A DNA stretch of 64,000 bases from Squalus acanthias (taxonomy: Eukaryota): positions 186,001-250,000 of the forward strand of contig JASTWF010000348.1 of NCBI GenBank assembly GCA_030390025.1, in the 5' to 3' direction. The position numbers and the translations under genes are program-made. The first letter of the stretch is position 1; every line of letters begins with the position of its first letter. Under the pieces are notes generated by a model. The model was not told the DNA's origin and ran no database searches. It saw only the letters and a list, made by a program, of their open reading frames with translations. Shown one piece after another: positions 10,901 to 25,900 of this stretch.

Positions 10901-13900
10901 ATCCCACAGTGCTGACGGAGGGGAGGAGTCCCACAGTGTTGAGGGAGACGAGACTGAGGGAGGGGAGGATTCCCACAGTGCTGAGGAAGGGTAGACTGAG
11001 GGAGGGGAGGAGTCCCACAGTGCTGAGGGAGGGGAAGAGTTCCACAGTGCTGAGGGAGGGGAGGCTGAGTGAGGGGAGGAGTCCCACAGTGCTGAGGGAG
11101 GGGAGGAGTCCCACAGTGCTGAGGGAGGGGAGGCTGAGGGAGGGGAGGAGTCCCACAGTGCTGAGGGAGGGGAGACTGAGGGAGGGGAGGAGTCCCACAG
11201 TGCTGAGGGAGGGGAGACTGAGGGAGGGGAGGAGTCCCACTGTGCTGAGGGAGGGGAGGTGTCCCACAGTGCTGAGGGAGGGGAGACTGAGGGAGGGGAG
11301 GAGTCCCACAGTGCTGAGGGAGGGGAGACTGAGGGAGGGGAGGAGTCCCACTGTGCTGAGGGAGGGGAGACTGAGGGAGTGGAGGAATCCCACAGTGCTG
11401 AGGGAGGGGAGGTTGGGGGAGAGGAGGACTCCCACAGTGCTGAGGGAGGGGAGACTGAGGGAGGGGAGGAGTCCCACAGTGCTGAGGGAGGGGAGACTGA
11501 GGGAGTGGAGGAATCCCACAGTGCTGAGGGAGGGGAGGTTGAGGGAGAGGAGGACTCCCACAGTGCTGAGGGAGGGGAGACTGAGGGAGGGGAGGAGTCC
11601 CACAGTGCTGAGGGAGGGGAGGAGTCCCACAGTGCTGAGGGAGGGGAGCAGTCCCACGGTGCTGAGGGAGGGGAGACTTTGGGAGGGGAGGAGTCCCACG
11701 GTGCTGAGGGAGGGGAGACTGAGGGAGGGGAGGAGTCCCACAGTGCTGAGGGAGGGGAGACTGAGGGAGGGGAGGAGTCCCACAGTGCTGAGGGAGGGGA
11801 GGCTGAGGGAAGGGAGGAGTCCCACAGTGCTGAGGGAGGGGAGACCGAGGGAGGGGAGGAGTCCCACAGTGCTGAGGGAGGGGAGACTGAGGGAGGGGAG
11901 GAGTCCCACAGTGCTGAGGGAGGGGAGACTGAGAGAGGGGAGGAGTCCCACAGTGCAGAGGGAGGAGAGGCTGTGGGAGGGGAGGAGTCCCACAGTGCTG
12001 AGGGAGGGGAGACCGAGGGAGGGGAGGAGTCCCACAGTGCTGAGGGAGGGGAGACCGAGGGAGGGGAGGAGTCCCACAGTGCTGAGGGAGGGGAGACTGA
12101 GGGAGGGGAGGAGTCCCACAGTGCTGAGGGAGGAGAGGCTGTGGGAGGGGAGGAGTCCCACAGTGCTGAGGGAGGGGAGACCGAGGGAGGGGAGGAGTCC
12201 CACAGTGCTGAGGGAGGGGAGACTGAGGGAGGGGAGGAGTCCCACAGTGCTGAGGGAGGGGAGACTGAGAGAGGGGAGGAGTCCCACAGTGCTGAGGGAG
12301 GGGAGACTGAGTGAGGGGAGGAGTCCCACAGTGCTGAGGGAGGGGAGGAGTCGCACAGTGCTGAGGGAGGGGAGACTGAGGGAGGGGAGGAGACCCACAG
12401 TGCTGAGGGAGGGGAGACTGAGGGAGGGGAGGAGTCCCACGGTGCTGAGGGAGATGAGGAGTCCCACAGTGCTGAGGGAGGGGAGACTGAGGGAGGGGAG
12501 GAGTCCCACAGTGCTGAGGGAGGGGAGGAGTCCCACAGTGCTGAAGGAGGGGAGACTGAGGGAGGGGAGGAGTCCCACAGTGCTGAGGGAGGGGAGGAGT
12601 CCCACAGTGCTGAGGGAGGGGAGGAGTCCCACAGTGCTGAGGGAGGGGAGACTGAGGGAGTGGAGGAGTCCCACAGTGCTGAGGGAGGGGAGGAGTCCCA
12701 CAGCGCTGAGGGAGGGGTGGAGACCCAGAGTGCTGAGGGAGGGGAGACTGAGGGAGGGGAGGAGTCTCACACAGCTGAGGGAGGGGAGACTGAGGGAGGG
12801 GAGGAGTCCCACAGTGATGAGGGAGGGGAGAATGAGGGAGGGGAGGAGTCCCACAGTGATGAGGGAGGGGAGGAGTCCCACAGTGCTGAGGGAGGGGAGA
12901 CTGAGGGAGGGGAGGAGTCCCACAGTGCTGAGGGAGGGGAGACTGAGGGAGGGGAGGAGTCTCACACAGCTGAGGGAGGGGAGACTGAGGGAGGGGAGGA
13001 GTCCCACAGTGATGAGGGAGGGGAGAATGAGGGAGGGGAGGAGTCCCACAGTGCTGAGGGAGGGGAGGAGTCCCACAGTGCTGAGGGAGGGGTGGAGACC
13101 CACAGTGATGAGGGAGGGGAGACTGAGGGAGGAGAGGAGTCTCACACAGCTGAAGGAGGGGAGACTGAGGGAGCGGGAGGAGTCCAACAGTGCTGAGGGA
13201 GGGGAGGAGTCCCCCAGTGCTGAGGGAGGGGTGGAGTCCCACAGTGCTGAGGGGGGGGAGAATGAGGGAGGGGAGGAGTCCCACAGTGATGAGGGAGGGG
13301 AGGAGTCCCACTTTGCTGAGGGAGTGGAGACTGAGGGAGGGGAGGAGTCCCACAGTGCTGAGGGAGTAGAGACTGAGGGAGGGGAGGAGTCCCACAGTGC
13401 TGAGGGAGGGGAGACTGAGGGAGGGGAGGAGTCCCACAGTGCTGAGGGAGGGGAGACTGAGGGAGGGGAGGAGTCCCACAGTGCTGAGGGAGGGGAGGAG
13501 TCCCACAGTGCTGAGGGAGGGGAGACTGAGGGAGGGGAGGAGTCCCACAGTGCTGAGGGAGGGGAGACTGAGGGAGGGGAGGAGTCCCACAGTGCTGAGG
13601 GAGGGGAGGAGTCCCACAGTGCTGAGGGAGGGGAGGAGTCCCACAGTGCTGAGAGAGGGGAGACTGAGGGAGGGGAGGAGTCCCACAGTGCTGAGGGAGG
13701 GGAGGAGTCCCACAGTGCTGAGAGAGGGGAGACTGAGGGAGGGGAGGAGTCCCACAGTGCTGAGGGAGGGGAGGAGTCCCACAGTGCTGAGGGAGGGGAG
13801 ACTGAGGGAGGGGAGGAGTCCCACAGTGCTGAGGGAGGGGAGGAGTCCCACAGTGCTGAGGGAGGGGAGACTGAGGGAGGGGAGGAGTCCCACAGTGCTG

Positions 13901-16900
13901 AGGGAGGGGAGACTGAGGGAGGGGAGGAGTCCCACAGTGCTGAGGGAGGGGAGGAGTCCCACAGTGCTGAGGGAGGGGAGGAGTCCCACAGTGCTGAGGG
14001 AGGGGAGACTGAGGGAGGGGAGGAGTCCCAACGTGCTGAGGGAGAGGTGTCTGAGGGAGGGGAGGAGTCCCACAATGATGAGGGAGGGGAGACTGAGGGA
14101 GGGGGAGGAGTCCCACAGTGCTGAGGGAGGGGTGGAGTCTCACAATGCTGAGGGAGGGGAGACTGAGGGAGGGGGAGGAGTCCCACAGTGCTGAGGATGG
14201 GGAGAGTGAGGGAGGGGAGGAGTCTCACAGTGCTGAGGGAGGGGAGACTGAGGGAGGGGAGGAGTCTCACAGTGCTGAGGGAGGGAGACTGAGGGAGGGG
14301 AGGAGTCCCACAGTGCTGAGGGAGGGGAGACTGAGGGAGGGGAGGAGTCTCACAGTGCTGAGGGAGGGGAGACTGAGGGAGGGGAGGAGTCTCACAGTGC
14401 TGAGGGAGGGGAGACTGAGGGAGGGGAGGAGTCCCACAGTGCTGAGGGAGGGGAGGCTGAGGGAGGGGAGGAGTCCCACAGTGCTGAGGGAGGGGAGGAC
14501 TGAGGGAGGGGAGGAGTCCCACAGTGCTGAGGGAGGGGAGGAGTCCCACAGTGCTGAGGAGGGGAGGAGTCCCACAGGTGCTGAGGGAGGGGAGACTGAG
14601 GGAGGGGAGGAGTCCCACAGTTGCTGAGGGAGGGGATGCTGAGGGAGGGGAGGATTCCCACAGTGCTGAGGGAGGGGAGACTGAGGGAGGGGAGGAGTCC
14701 CACAGTGCTGAGGGAGGGGAGGAGTCCCACAGTGCTGAGGGAGGGGAGACTGAGGGAGGGGAGGAGTCCCACAGTGCTGAGGGAGGGGAGGAGTCTCACA
14801 GTGCTGAGGGAGGGGAGGAGTCTCACAGTGCTGAGGGAGGGGAGGTGTCCCAGAGTGCTGAGGGAGGAGAGACTGAGGGAGGGAGGGGTCCCACAGTGCT
14901 GAGGGAGGGGAGGAGTCTCACAGTGCTGAGGGAGGGGAGGAGTCTCACAGTGCTGAGGGAGGGGAGGCTGAGGGAGGGGAGGAGTCCCACTGTGCTGAGG
15001 GAGGGGAGGAGTCCCACTGTGCTGAGGGAGGGGAGGATTTCCACAGTGCTGAGGGAGGGGAGACTGAGGGAGGGGAGGAGTCCCACATAACTGAGGGAGG
15101 GGAGGAGTCCCACTGTGCTGAGGGAGGGGAGACTGAGGGAGGGGAGGAGTCCCACAGTGCTGAGGGAGGAGAGACGGAGGGAGGGGAGGAGTCCCACAGT
15201 GCTGAGGGAGGGGAGACTGTGGGAGGGGAGGAGTCCCACAGTGCTGAGGGAGGGGAGACTGAGGGAGAGGAGGAGTCCCACTGTGCCGAGGGAGGGGAGA
15301 CTGAGGGAGGGGGAGGAGTCCCACAGTGCTGAGGGAGGGGAGGAGTCCCACAGTGCTGAGGGAGGGCAGACTGAGGGAGGGGAGGAGTCCCACAGTGCTG
15401 AGGGAGGGGGAGGAGTCCCACAGTGCTGAGGGATGGGAGGCTGAGGGAGGGGAGGAGTCCAACAGTGCTGAGGGAGGGGAGGCTGAGGGAGGGGAGGAGT
15501 CCCACAGTGCTGAGGGATGGGAGGCTGAGGGAGGGGAGGAGTCCCACAGTGCTGAGGGAGGGGAGACTGAGGGAGGGGAGGAGTCCCACAGAGCTGAGGG
15601 AGGGTAGACTGAGGGAGAGGAGGATTCCCACTGTGCCGAGGGAGGGGAGGAGTCCCACAGTGCTGAGGGTGGGGAGAAGTCCCACAGTGCTGAGGGAGGG
15701 CAGACTGAGGGAGGGGGAGGAGACCCACAGTGCTGAGGGAGGGGAGGAGTCCCACAGTGCTGAGGGATGGGAGGCTGAGTGAGGGGAGGAGTCCCACAGT
15801 GCTGAGGGAGGGGAGGCTGAGGGAGGGGAGGAGTCCCACAGTGCAGAGGGAGGGGAGGCTGAGGGAGGGGAGGAGTCCCACAGTGCTGAGGGAGGGGAGA
15901 CTGAGGGAGGGGAGGAGTCCCACAGTGCTGAGGGAGGGGAGACTGAGGGAGGGGAGGAGTCCCACAGTGCTGAGGGAGGGGAGGAGTCGCACAGTGCTGA
16001 GGGAGGGGAGGAGTCCCACAGTGCTGAGGGAGGGGAGACTGAGGGAGGGGAGGAGTCCCACAGTGCTGAGGGAGGGGAGACAGAGGGAGGGGAGGAGTGC
16101 CAAGTGCTGAGGGAGGGGAGTTGTCCCACAGTGCTGAGTGAGGGGAGGCTGAGGGAGGGGAGGAGTCCCACAGTGCTGAGGGAGGAGAGACGGAGGGAGG
16201 GGAGGAGTCCCACAGTGCTGGGGAGGGGAGACTGTGGGAGGGGAGGAGTCCCACAGTGCTGAGGGAGGGGAGGAGTCCCACAGTGCGGAGGAAGGGGAGA
16301 CTGAGGGAGGGCCGAGTCCCTCAGTGCTGAGGGAGGGTAGACTGAGGGAGGGGAGGAGCCCCACAGTGCTGAGGGAGGGGAGACTGAGGGAGGGGAGAGT
16401 CCCACAGTGCTGAGGGAGGGGAGACTGAGGGAGAGGAGGAGTCCCACTGTGCTGAGGGATGGGAGACTGAGGGAGGGGAGGAGTCCCACAGTGCTGAGGG
16501 AGGGGAGACTGAGTGAGGGGAGGAGTCCCACGGTGCTGAGGGCGATGAGGAGTCCCACAGTGCTGAGGGAGGGGAGACTGAGGGAGGGGAGGAGTCCCAC
16601 AGTGCTGAGGGAGGGGAGGAGTCCCACAGTGCTGAGGGAGGGGTGGCTGAGGGAGGGGAGGAGTCCCACAGTGCTGAGAGAGGGGATACTCAGGGAGGGG
16701 AGGAGTCCCACAGTGCTGACGGAGTGGACACTGAGGGAGGGGAGGAGTCCCACAGTGCTGATGGAGGGGAGACTGAGGGAGGGGAGGAGTCCCACAAAGC
16801 TGAGGGAGGGGAGGAGTCCCACAGTGCTGAGGGAGGGGAGACTGAGGGAGGGGGAGGAGTCCCACAGTGCTGAGGGAGGGGAGACTGAGGGAGGGGAGTA

Positions 16901-19900
16901 GTCTCACAGTGCTGAGGGAGGGGAGGAGTCCCACAGTGCTTCGGGAGGCGAGGAGTCTCACAGTGCTGAGGGAGTGAGACTGAGATGGGGAGGAGTCTCA
17001 CAGTGCTGAGGGAGGGGAGACTGAGGGAGGGGAGGAGTCCCACAGTGCTGAGGGAGGGGAGGAGTCCCACAGTGCTGAGGGAGGGGAGACTGAGGGAGGG
17101 GAGGAGTCCCACATTGCTGAGGGAGGGGAGACTGAGGGAGGGGAGGTGTCCTACTGTGCTGAGGGAGGGGAGACTGAGGGAGGGTAGAAGTCCCACAGTG
17201 CTGAGGGAGGGGAGGCTGAGGGAGGGGAGGAGTCCCACAGTGCTGAGGGAGGGGAGGAGTCCCACAGTGCTGAGGGAGGGGAGCAGTCCCACAGTGCTGA
17301 GTGAAGGGAGGAGTCCCACAGTGCTGAGGGAGGGGAGACTGCGGGAGGGGAGGAGTCCCACAGTGCTGAGGGAGGGGAGGAGTCCCACAGTGCTGAGCGA
17401 GGGAAGGAGTCCAACAGTGATGAGGGAGGGGAGACTGAGGGCGGGGAGGAGTCCCACAGTGCTGAGGGAGGGAAGACTGAGGGAGGGGAGGAATCCCACA
17501 GTGCTGAGGGAGGGGAGACTGAGGGAGGGGAGGAATCCCACAATGCTGAGGGAGGGGAGGAGTCCCACAGTGCTGAGGGAGGGGAGGAGTCCCACAGTGC
17601 TGAGGGAGGGGGAGGAGTCCCACAGTGCTGAGTGTGGGGAGAAGTCCCACAGTGCTGAGGGAGGGTAGACTGACGGAGGGGGAGGAGTCCCACAGTGCTG
17701 AGGGAGGGGAGACTGAGGGAGGGGAGGAGTCCCACAGTGCTGAGGGAGGGAAGACTGAGGGAGGGGAGGCGTCCCACAGTGCTGAGGGAGGGGAGACTGA
17801 GGGAGGGGAGGAGTCCCACAGTGCTGAGGGAGGGGAGGAGTCCCACAGTGCTGAGGGAGGCGAGACTGAGGGAGGGGAGGAGTCTCACATTGCTGAGGGA
17901 GGGGAGACTGAGGGAGGGGAGGAGTCCCACAGTGCTGAGGGAGGGGAGACTGAGAGAGAGGAAGAGTCCCACTGTGCTGAGGGAGGGGAGACTGAGGGAG
18001 GGGAGGAGTCCCACAGTGCTGACGGAGGGGAGGAGTCCCACAGTGTTGAGGGAGACGAGACTGAGGGAGGGGAGGAGTCCCACAGTGCTGAGGGAGGGTA
18101 GACTGAGGGAGGGGAGGAGTCCCACAGTGCTGAGGGAGGGGAGACTGAGGGAGGGGAGGAGTCCCACAGTGCTGAGGGAGGGGAAGAGTTCCACAGTGCT
18201 GAGGGAGGGGAGGCTGAGGGAGGGGAGGAGTCCCACAGTGCTGAGGGAGGGGAGGAGTCCCACAGTGCTGAGGGAGGGGAGGCTGAGGGAGGGGAGGAGT
18301 CACACAGTGCTGAGGGAGGGGAGACTGAGGGAGGGGAGGTGTCCCACAATGCTGAGGGAGGGGAGACTGAGGGAGGGGAGGAGTCCCACAGTGCTGAGGG
18401 AGGGGAGGAGTCCCACAGTGCTGAGGGAGGGGAGACTGAGGGAGGGGAGGAGTCCCACAGTGCTGAGGGAGGGGAGACTGAGGGAGGGGAGGAGTCCCAC
18501 TGTGCTGAGGGAGGGGAGGTGTCCCACAGTGCTGAGGGAGGGGAGACTGAGGGAGGGGAGGAGTCCCAATGTGCTGAGGGAGGGGAGGTGTCCCACAGTG
18601 CTGAGGGAGGGGAGACTGAGGGAGGGGAGGAGTCCCACAGTGCTGAGGGAGGGGAGACTGAGGGAGGGGAGGAGTCTCACTGTGCTGAGGGAGGGGAGAC
18701 TGAGGGAGGGGAGGAGTCGCACAGTGCTGAGGGAGGGGAGACTGAGGGAGTGGAGGAGTCCCACAGTGCTGAGGGAGGGGAGGTTGAGGGAGAGGAGGAG
18801 TCCCACAGTGCTGAGGGAGGGGAGACTGAGGGAGGGGAGGAGTCCCACAGTGCTGAGGGAGGGGAGGAGTCCCACAGTGCTGAGGGAGGGGAGCAGTCCC
18901 ACGGTGCTGAGGGAGGGGAGACTGAGGGAGGGGAGGAGTCCCACGGTGCTGAGGGAGGGGAGACTGAGGGAGGGGAGGAGTCCCACAGTGCTGAGGGAGG
19001 GGAGACTGAGGGAGGGGAGGAGTCCCACAGTGCTGAGGGAGGAGAGGCTGTGGGAGGGGAGGAGTCCCACAGTGCTGAGGGAGGGGAGACCGAGGGAGGG
19101 GAGGAGTCCCACAGTGCTGAGGGAGGGGAGACTGTGGGAGGGGAGGAGTCCCACAGTGCTGAGGGAGGGGAGACTGAGGGAGGGGAGGAGTCCCACAGTG
19201 CTGAGGGAGGGGAGACTGAGGGAGGGGAGGAGTCCCACAGTGCTGAGGGAGGGGAGGAGTCACACAGTGCTGAGGGAGGGGAGACTGAGGGAGGGGAGGA
19301 GACCCACAGTGCTGAGGGAGGGGAGACTGAGGGAGGGGAGGAGTCCCACGGTGCTGAGGGAGATAAGGTGTCCCACAGTGCTGAGGGAGGGGAGACTGAG
19401 GGAGGGGAGGAGTCCCACAGTGCTGAGGGAGGGGAGGAGTCCCACAGTGCTGAGGGAGGGGAGACTGAGGGAGGGGAGGAGTCCCACAGTGCTGAGGGAG
19501 GGGAGGAGTCACACAGTGCTGAGGGAGATGAGACTGAGGGAGGGGAGGAGTCCCACAGTGCTGAGGGAGGGGAGACTGAGAGAGGGGAGGAGTCCCACAG
19601 TGCTGAGGGAGGGGAGACTGAGGGAGGGGAGGAGTCCCACAGTGCTGAGCGAGGGGAGGCTGAGGGAGGGGAGGAGTCCCACAGTGCTGAGGGAGGGGAG
19701 GAGTCACACAGTGCTGAGGGAGGTGAGACTGAGGGAGGGGAGGAGTCCCACTGTGCTGAGGGAGGGGAGACTGAGGGAGGGGAGGAGTCCCACAGTGCTG
19801 AGGGAGGGGAGACTGAGGGAGGGGAGGAGTCCCACAGTGCTGAGCGAGGGGATGCTGAGGGAGGGGAGGAGTCCCACAGTGCTGAGGGAGGGGAGGAGTC

Positions 19901-22900
19901 CCACAGTGCTGAGGGAGGCGAGACTGAGGGAGGGGAGGAGTCTCACATTGCTGAGGGAGGGGAGACTGAGGGAGGGGAGGAGTCCCACAGTGCTGAGGGA
20001 GGGGAGACTGAGAGAGAGGAGGAGTCCCACTGTGCTGAGGGAGGGGAGACTGAGGGAGGGGAGGAGTCCCACAGTGCTGACGGAGGGGAGGAGTCCCACA
20101 GTGTTGAGGGAGACGAGACTGAGGGAGGGGAGGAGTCCCACAGTGCTGAGGGAGGGTAGACTGAGGGAGGGGAGGAGTCCCACAGTGCTGAGGGAGGGGA
20201 GACTGAGGGAGGGGAGGAGTCCCACAGTGCTGAGGGAGGGGAAGAGTTCCACAGTGCTAAGGGAGGGGAGGCTGAGGGAGGGGAGGAGTCCCACAGTGCT
20301 GAGGGAGGGGAGGAGTCCCACAGTGCTGAGGGAGGGGAGGCTGAGGGAGGGGAGGAGTCCCACAGTGCTGAGGGAGGGGAGACTGAGGGAGGGGAGGTGT
20401 CCCACAATGCTGAGGGAGGGGAGACTGAGGGAGGGGAGGAGTCCCACAGTGCTGAGGGAGGGGAGGAGTCCCACAGTGCTGAGGGAGGGGAGACAGAGGG
20501 AGGGGAGGAGTCCCACAGTGCTGAGGGAGGGGAGACTGAGGGAGGGGAGGAGTCCCAATGTGCTGAGGGAGGGGAGGTGTCCCACAGTGCTGAGGGAGGG
20601 GAGACTGAGGGAGGGGAGGAGTCCCACAGTGCTGAGGGAGGGGAGACTGAGGGAGGGGAGGAGTCTCACTGTGCTGAGGGAGGGGAGACTGAGGGAGGGG
20701 AGGAGTCGCACAGTGCTGAGGGAGGGGAGACTGAGGGAGTGGAGGAGTCCCACAGTGCTGAGGGAGGGGAGGTTGAGGGAGAGGAGGAGTCCCACAGTGC
20801 TGAGGGAGGGGAGACTGAGGGAGGGGAGGAGTCCCACAGTGCTGAGGGAGGGGAGGAGTCCCACAGTGCTGAGGGAGGGGAGCAGTCCCACGGTGCTGAG
20901 GGAGGGGAGACTGAGGGAGGGGAGGAGTCCCACGGTGCTGAGGGAGGGGAGACTGAGGGAGGGGAGGAGTCCCACAGTGCTGAGGGAGGGGAGGAGTCCC
21001 ACAGTGCTGAGGGAGGGGAGACTGAGGGAGGGGAGGAGACCCACAGTGCTGAGGGAGGGGAGACTGAGGGAGGGGAGGAGTCCCACGGTGCTGAGGGAGA
21101 TAAGGTGTCCCACAGTGCTGAGGGAGGGGAGACTGAGGGAGGGGAGGAGTCCCACAGTGCTGAGGGAGGGGAGGAGTCCCACAGTGCTGAGGGAGGGGAG
21201 ACTGAGGGAGGGGAGGAGTCCCACAGTGCTGAGGGAGGGGAGGAGTCACACAGTGCTGAGGGAGGTGAGACTGAGGGAGGGGAGGAGTCCCACAGTGCTG
21301 AGGGAGGGGAGACTGAGAGAGAGGAGGAGTCCCACTGTGCTGAGGGAGGGGAGACTGAGGGAGGGGAGGAGTCCCACAGTGCTGAGGGAGGGGAGACTGA
21401 GGGAGGGGAGGAGTCCCACAGTGCTGAGCGAGGGGAGGCTGAGGGAGGGGAGGAGTCCCACAGTGCTGAGGGAGGGGAGGAGTCCCACAGTGCTGAGGGA
21501 GGCGAGACTGAGGGAGGGGAGGAGTCTCACATTGCTGAGGGAGGGGAGACTGAGGGAGGGGAGGAGTCCCACAGTGCTGAGGGAGGGGAGACTGAGAGAG
21601 AGGAGGAGTCCCACTGTGCTGAGGGAGGGGAGACTGAGGGAGGGGAGGAGTCCCACAGTGCTGACGGAGGGGAGGAGTCCCACAGTGTTGAGGGAGACGA
21701 GACTGAGGGAGGGGAGGAGTCCCACAGTGCTGAGGGAGGGTAGACTGAGGGAGGGGAGGAGTCCCACAGTGCTGAGGGAGGGGAGACTGAGGGAGGGGAG
21801 GAGTCCCACAGTGCTGAGGGAGGGGAAGAGTTCCACAGTGCTGAGGGAGGGGAGGCTGAGGGAGGGGAGGAGTCCCACAGTGCTGAGGGAGGGGAGGAGT
21901 CCCACAGTGCTGAGGGAGGGGAGGCTGAGGGAGGGGAGGAGTCCCACAGTGCTGAGGGAGGGGAGACTGAGGGAGGGGAGGTGTCCCACAATGCTGAGGG
22001 AGGGGAGACTGAGGGAGGGGAGGAGTCCCACAGTGCTGAGGGAGGGGAGGAGTCCCACAGTGCTGAGGGAGGGGAGACTGAGGGAGGGGAGGAGTCCCAC
22101 AGTGCTGAGGGAGGGGAGACTGAGGGAGGGGAGGAGTCCCAATGTGCTGAGGGAGGGGAGGTGTCCCACAGTGCTGAGGGAGGGGAGACTGAGGGAGGGG
22201 AGGAGTCCCACAGTGCTGAGGGAGGGGAGACTGAGGGAGGGGAGGAGTCTCACTGTGCTGAGGGAGGGGAGACTGAGGGAGGGGAGGAGTCGCACAGTGC
22301 TGAGGGAGGGGAGACTGAGGGAGTGGAGGAGTCCCACAGTGCTGAGGGAGGGGAGGTTGAGGGAGAGGAGGAGTCCCACAGTGCTGAGGGAGGGGAGACT
22401 GAGGGAGGGGAGGAGTCCCACAGTGCTGAGGGAGGGGAGGAGTCCCACAGTGCTGAGGGAGGGGAGCAGTCCCACGGTGCTGAGGGAGGGGAGACTGAGG
22501 GAGGGGAGGAGTCCCACGGTGCTGAGGGAGGAGAGACTGAGGGAGGGGAGGAGTCCCACAGTGCTGAGGGAGGGGAGACTGAGGGAGGGGAGGAGTCCCA
22601 CAGTGCTGAGGGAGGGGAGACTGAGGGAGGGGAGGAGTCCCACAGTGCTGAGGGAGGGGAGGCTGAGGGAAGGGAGGAGTCCCACAGTGCTGAGGGAGGA
22701 GAGGCTGTGGGAGGGGAGGAGTCCCACAGTGCTGAGGGAGGGGAGACCGAGGGAGGGGAGGAGTCCCACAGTGCTGAGGGAGGGGAGACTGAGGGAGGGG
22801 AGGAGTCCCACAGTGCTGAGGGAGGGGAGACTGAGGGAGGGGAGGAGTCCCACAGTGCTGAGGGAGGGGAGGAGTCGCACAGTGCTGAGGGAGGGGAGAC

Positions 22901-25900
22901 TGAGGGAGGGGAGGAGTCCCACAGTGTTGAGGGAGGGGAGGAGTCGCACAGTGCTGAGGGAGGGGAGACTGAGGGAGGGGAGGAGACCCACAGTGCTGAG
23001 GGAGGGGAGACTGAGGGAGGGGAGGAGTCCCACAGTGCTGAGGGAGGGGAGACTGAGGGAGGGGAGGAGTCCCACAGTGCTGAGGGAGGGGAGACTGAGG
23101 GAGGGGAGGAGTCCCACAGTGCTGAGGGAGGGGGAGACTGAGGGAGGGCAGGAGTCCCACAGTGCTGAGGGAGGGGAGGAGTCGCACAGTGCTGAGGGAG
23201 GGGAGACTGAGGGAGGGGAGGAGACCCACAGTGCTGAGGGAGGGGAGACTGAGGGAGGGGAGGAGTCCCACGGTGCTGAGGGAGATGAGGAGTCCCACAG
23301 TGCTGAGGGAGGGGAGACTGAGGGAGGGGAGGAGTCCCACAGTGCTGAGGGAGGGGAGGAGTCGCACAGTGCTGCGGGAGGGGCGACTGAGGGAGGGGAG
23401 GAGTCCCACAGTGCTGAGGGAGGGGAGACTGAGGGAGGGGAGGAGTCCTACAGTGCTGAGGGAGGGGAGACTGAGGGAGGGGAGGAGTCCCACAGTGCTG
23501 AGGGAGGGGAGGAGTCGCACAGTGCTGAGGGAGGGGCGACTGAGGGAGGGGAGGAGTCCCACAGTGCTGAGGGAGGGGAGACTGAGGGAGGGGAGGAGTC
23601 CCACAGTGCTGAGGCAGGGGAGACAGAGGGAGGGGAGGAGTCCCAAGTGCTGAGGGAGGGGAGGAGTCCCACAGTGCTGAGTGAGGGGAGGCTGAGGGAG
23701 GGGAGGAGTCCCACACTGCTGAGGGAGGTGAGACTGAGGGAGGGGAGGAGTCCCACAGTGCTGAGGGAGGAGAGACGGAGGGAGGGGAGGAGTCCCACAG
23801 TGCTGGGAAGGGGAGACTGTGGGAGGGGAGGAGTCCCACGGTGCTGAGGGAGATAAGGAGTCCCACAGTGCTGAGGGAGGGGAGACTGAGGGAGGGGAGG
23901 AGTCCCACAGTGCTGAGGGAGGGGAGGAGTCCCACAGTGCTGCGGGAGGGGCGACTGAGGGAGGGGAGGAGTCCCACAGTGCTGAGGGAGGGGAGACTGA
24001 GGGAGGGGAGGAGTCCCACAGTGCTGAGGGAGGGGAGACTGAGGGAGGGGAGGAGTCCCACAGTGCTGAGGGAGGGGAGACTGAGGGAGGGGAGGAGACC
24101 CACAGTGCTGAGGGAGGGGAGACTGAGGGAGGGGAGGAGTCCCACGGTGCTGAGGGAGATGAGGAGTCCCACAGTGCTGAGGGAGGGGAGACTGAGGGAG
24201 GGGAGGAGTCCCACAGTGCTGAGGGAGGGGAGACTGAGGGAGGGGAGGATCCCACAGTGCTGAGGGAGGGGAGACTGAGGGAGGGGAGGAGTCCCACAGT
24301 GCTGAGGGAGGGGAGACTGAGGGAGGGGAGGAGTCTCACAGTGCTGAGGGAGGGGAGGAGTCCCACAGTGCTGAGGGAGGGGAGACAGAGGGAGGGGAGG
24401 AGTCCCAAGTGCTGAGGGAGGGGAGGAGTCCCACAGTGCTGAGTGAGGGGAGGCTGAGGGAGGGGAGGAGTCCCACACTGCTGAGGGAGGTGAGACTGAG
24501 TGAGGGGAGGAGTCCCACAGTGCTGAGGGAGAGAGACGGAGGGAGGGGAGGGAGTCCCACAGTGCTGGGGGAGGGGAGACTGTGGGAGGGGAGGAGTCCC
24601 ACAGTGCTGAGGGAGGGGAGGAGTCCCACAGTGCGGAGGGAGGGGAGACTGAGGGAGGGCCGAGTCCCTCAGTGCTGAGGGAGGGTAGACTGAGGGAGGG
24701 GAGGAGCCCCACAGTGCTGAGGGAGGGGAGGCTGAGGGAGGGGAGGAGTCCCACAGTGCTGAGGGAGGGGAGACTGAGGGAGAGGAGGAGTCCCACTGTG
24801 CCGAGGGAGGGGAGACTGAGGGAGGGGGAGGAGTCCCACAGTGCTGAGGGAGGGGAGGAGTCCCACAGTGCTGAGGGAGGGGAGACTGAGGGAGGGCCGA
24901 GTCCCACAGAGCCGAGGGAGGGGAGACAGAGGGAGGGGAGGAGTCCCACAGTGCTGAGGGAGGGGAGACTGAGGGAGGGGAGGAGTCCCACAGTGCTGAG
25001 GGAGGGGCGACTGAGGGAGGGGAGGAGTCCCACAGTGCTGAGGGGGGTGTGGCTGAGGGAGGGGAGGAGTCCCACAGTGCTGAGAGAGGGGAGACTCAGG
25101 GAGGGGAGGAGTCCCACAGTGCTGATGGAGGGGAGACTGAGGGAGGGGAGTAGTCTCACAGTGCTGAGGGAGGGGAGGAGTCCCACAGTGCTTCGGGAGG
25201 CGAGGCTGTGGGAGGGGAGGAGTCCCACAGTGCTGAGGGAGGGGAGACCGAGGGAGGGGAGGAGTCCCACAGTGCTGAGGGAGGGGAGACTGAGGGAGGG
25301 GAGGAGTCCCACAGTGCTGAGGGAGGGGAGACTGAGGGAGGGGAGGAGTCCCACAGTGCTGAGGGAGGGGAGACTGAGGGAGGGGAGGAGTCCCACAGTG
25401 CTGAGGGAGGGGAGACTGAGGGAGGGGAGGAGTCCCACAGTGCTGAGGGAGGGGAGACTGAGGGAGGGGAGGAGTCCCACAGTGCTGAGGGAGGGGAGGA
25501 GTCGCACAGTGCTGAGGGAGGGGAGACTGAGGGAGGGGAGGAGACCCACAGTGCTGAGGGAGGGGAGACTGAGGGAGGGGAGGTGTCCCACGGTGCTGAG
25601 GGAGATAAGGTGTCCCACAGTGCTGAGGGAGGGGAGACTGAGGGAGGGGAGGAGTCCCACAGTGCTGAGGGAGGGGAGACTGAGGGAGGGGAGGAGTCCC
25701 ACAGTGCTGAGGGAGGGGAGACTGAGGGAGGGGAGGAGTCCCACAGTGCTGAGGGAGGGGAGACTGAGGGAGGGGAGGAGTCCCACAGTGCTGAGGGAGG
25801 GGAGGAGTCGCACAGTGCTGAGGGAGGGGAGACTGAGGGAGGGGAGGAGACCCACAGTGCTGAGGGAGGGGAGACTGAGGGAGGGGAGGAGTCCCACGGT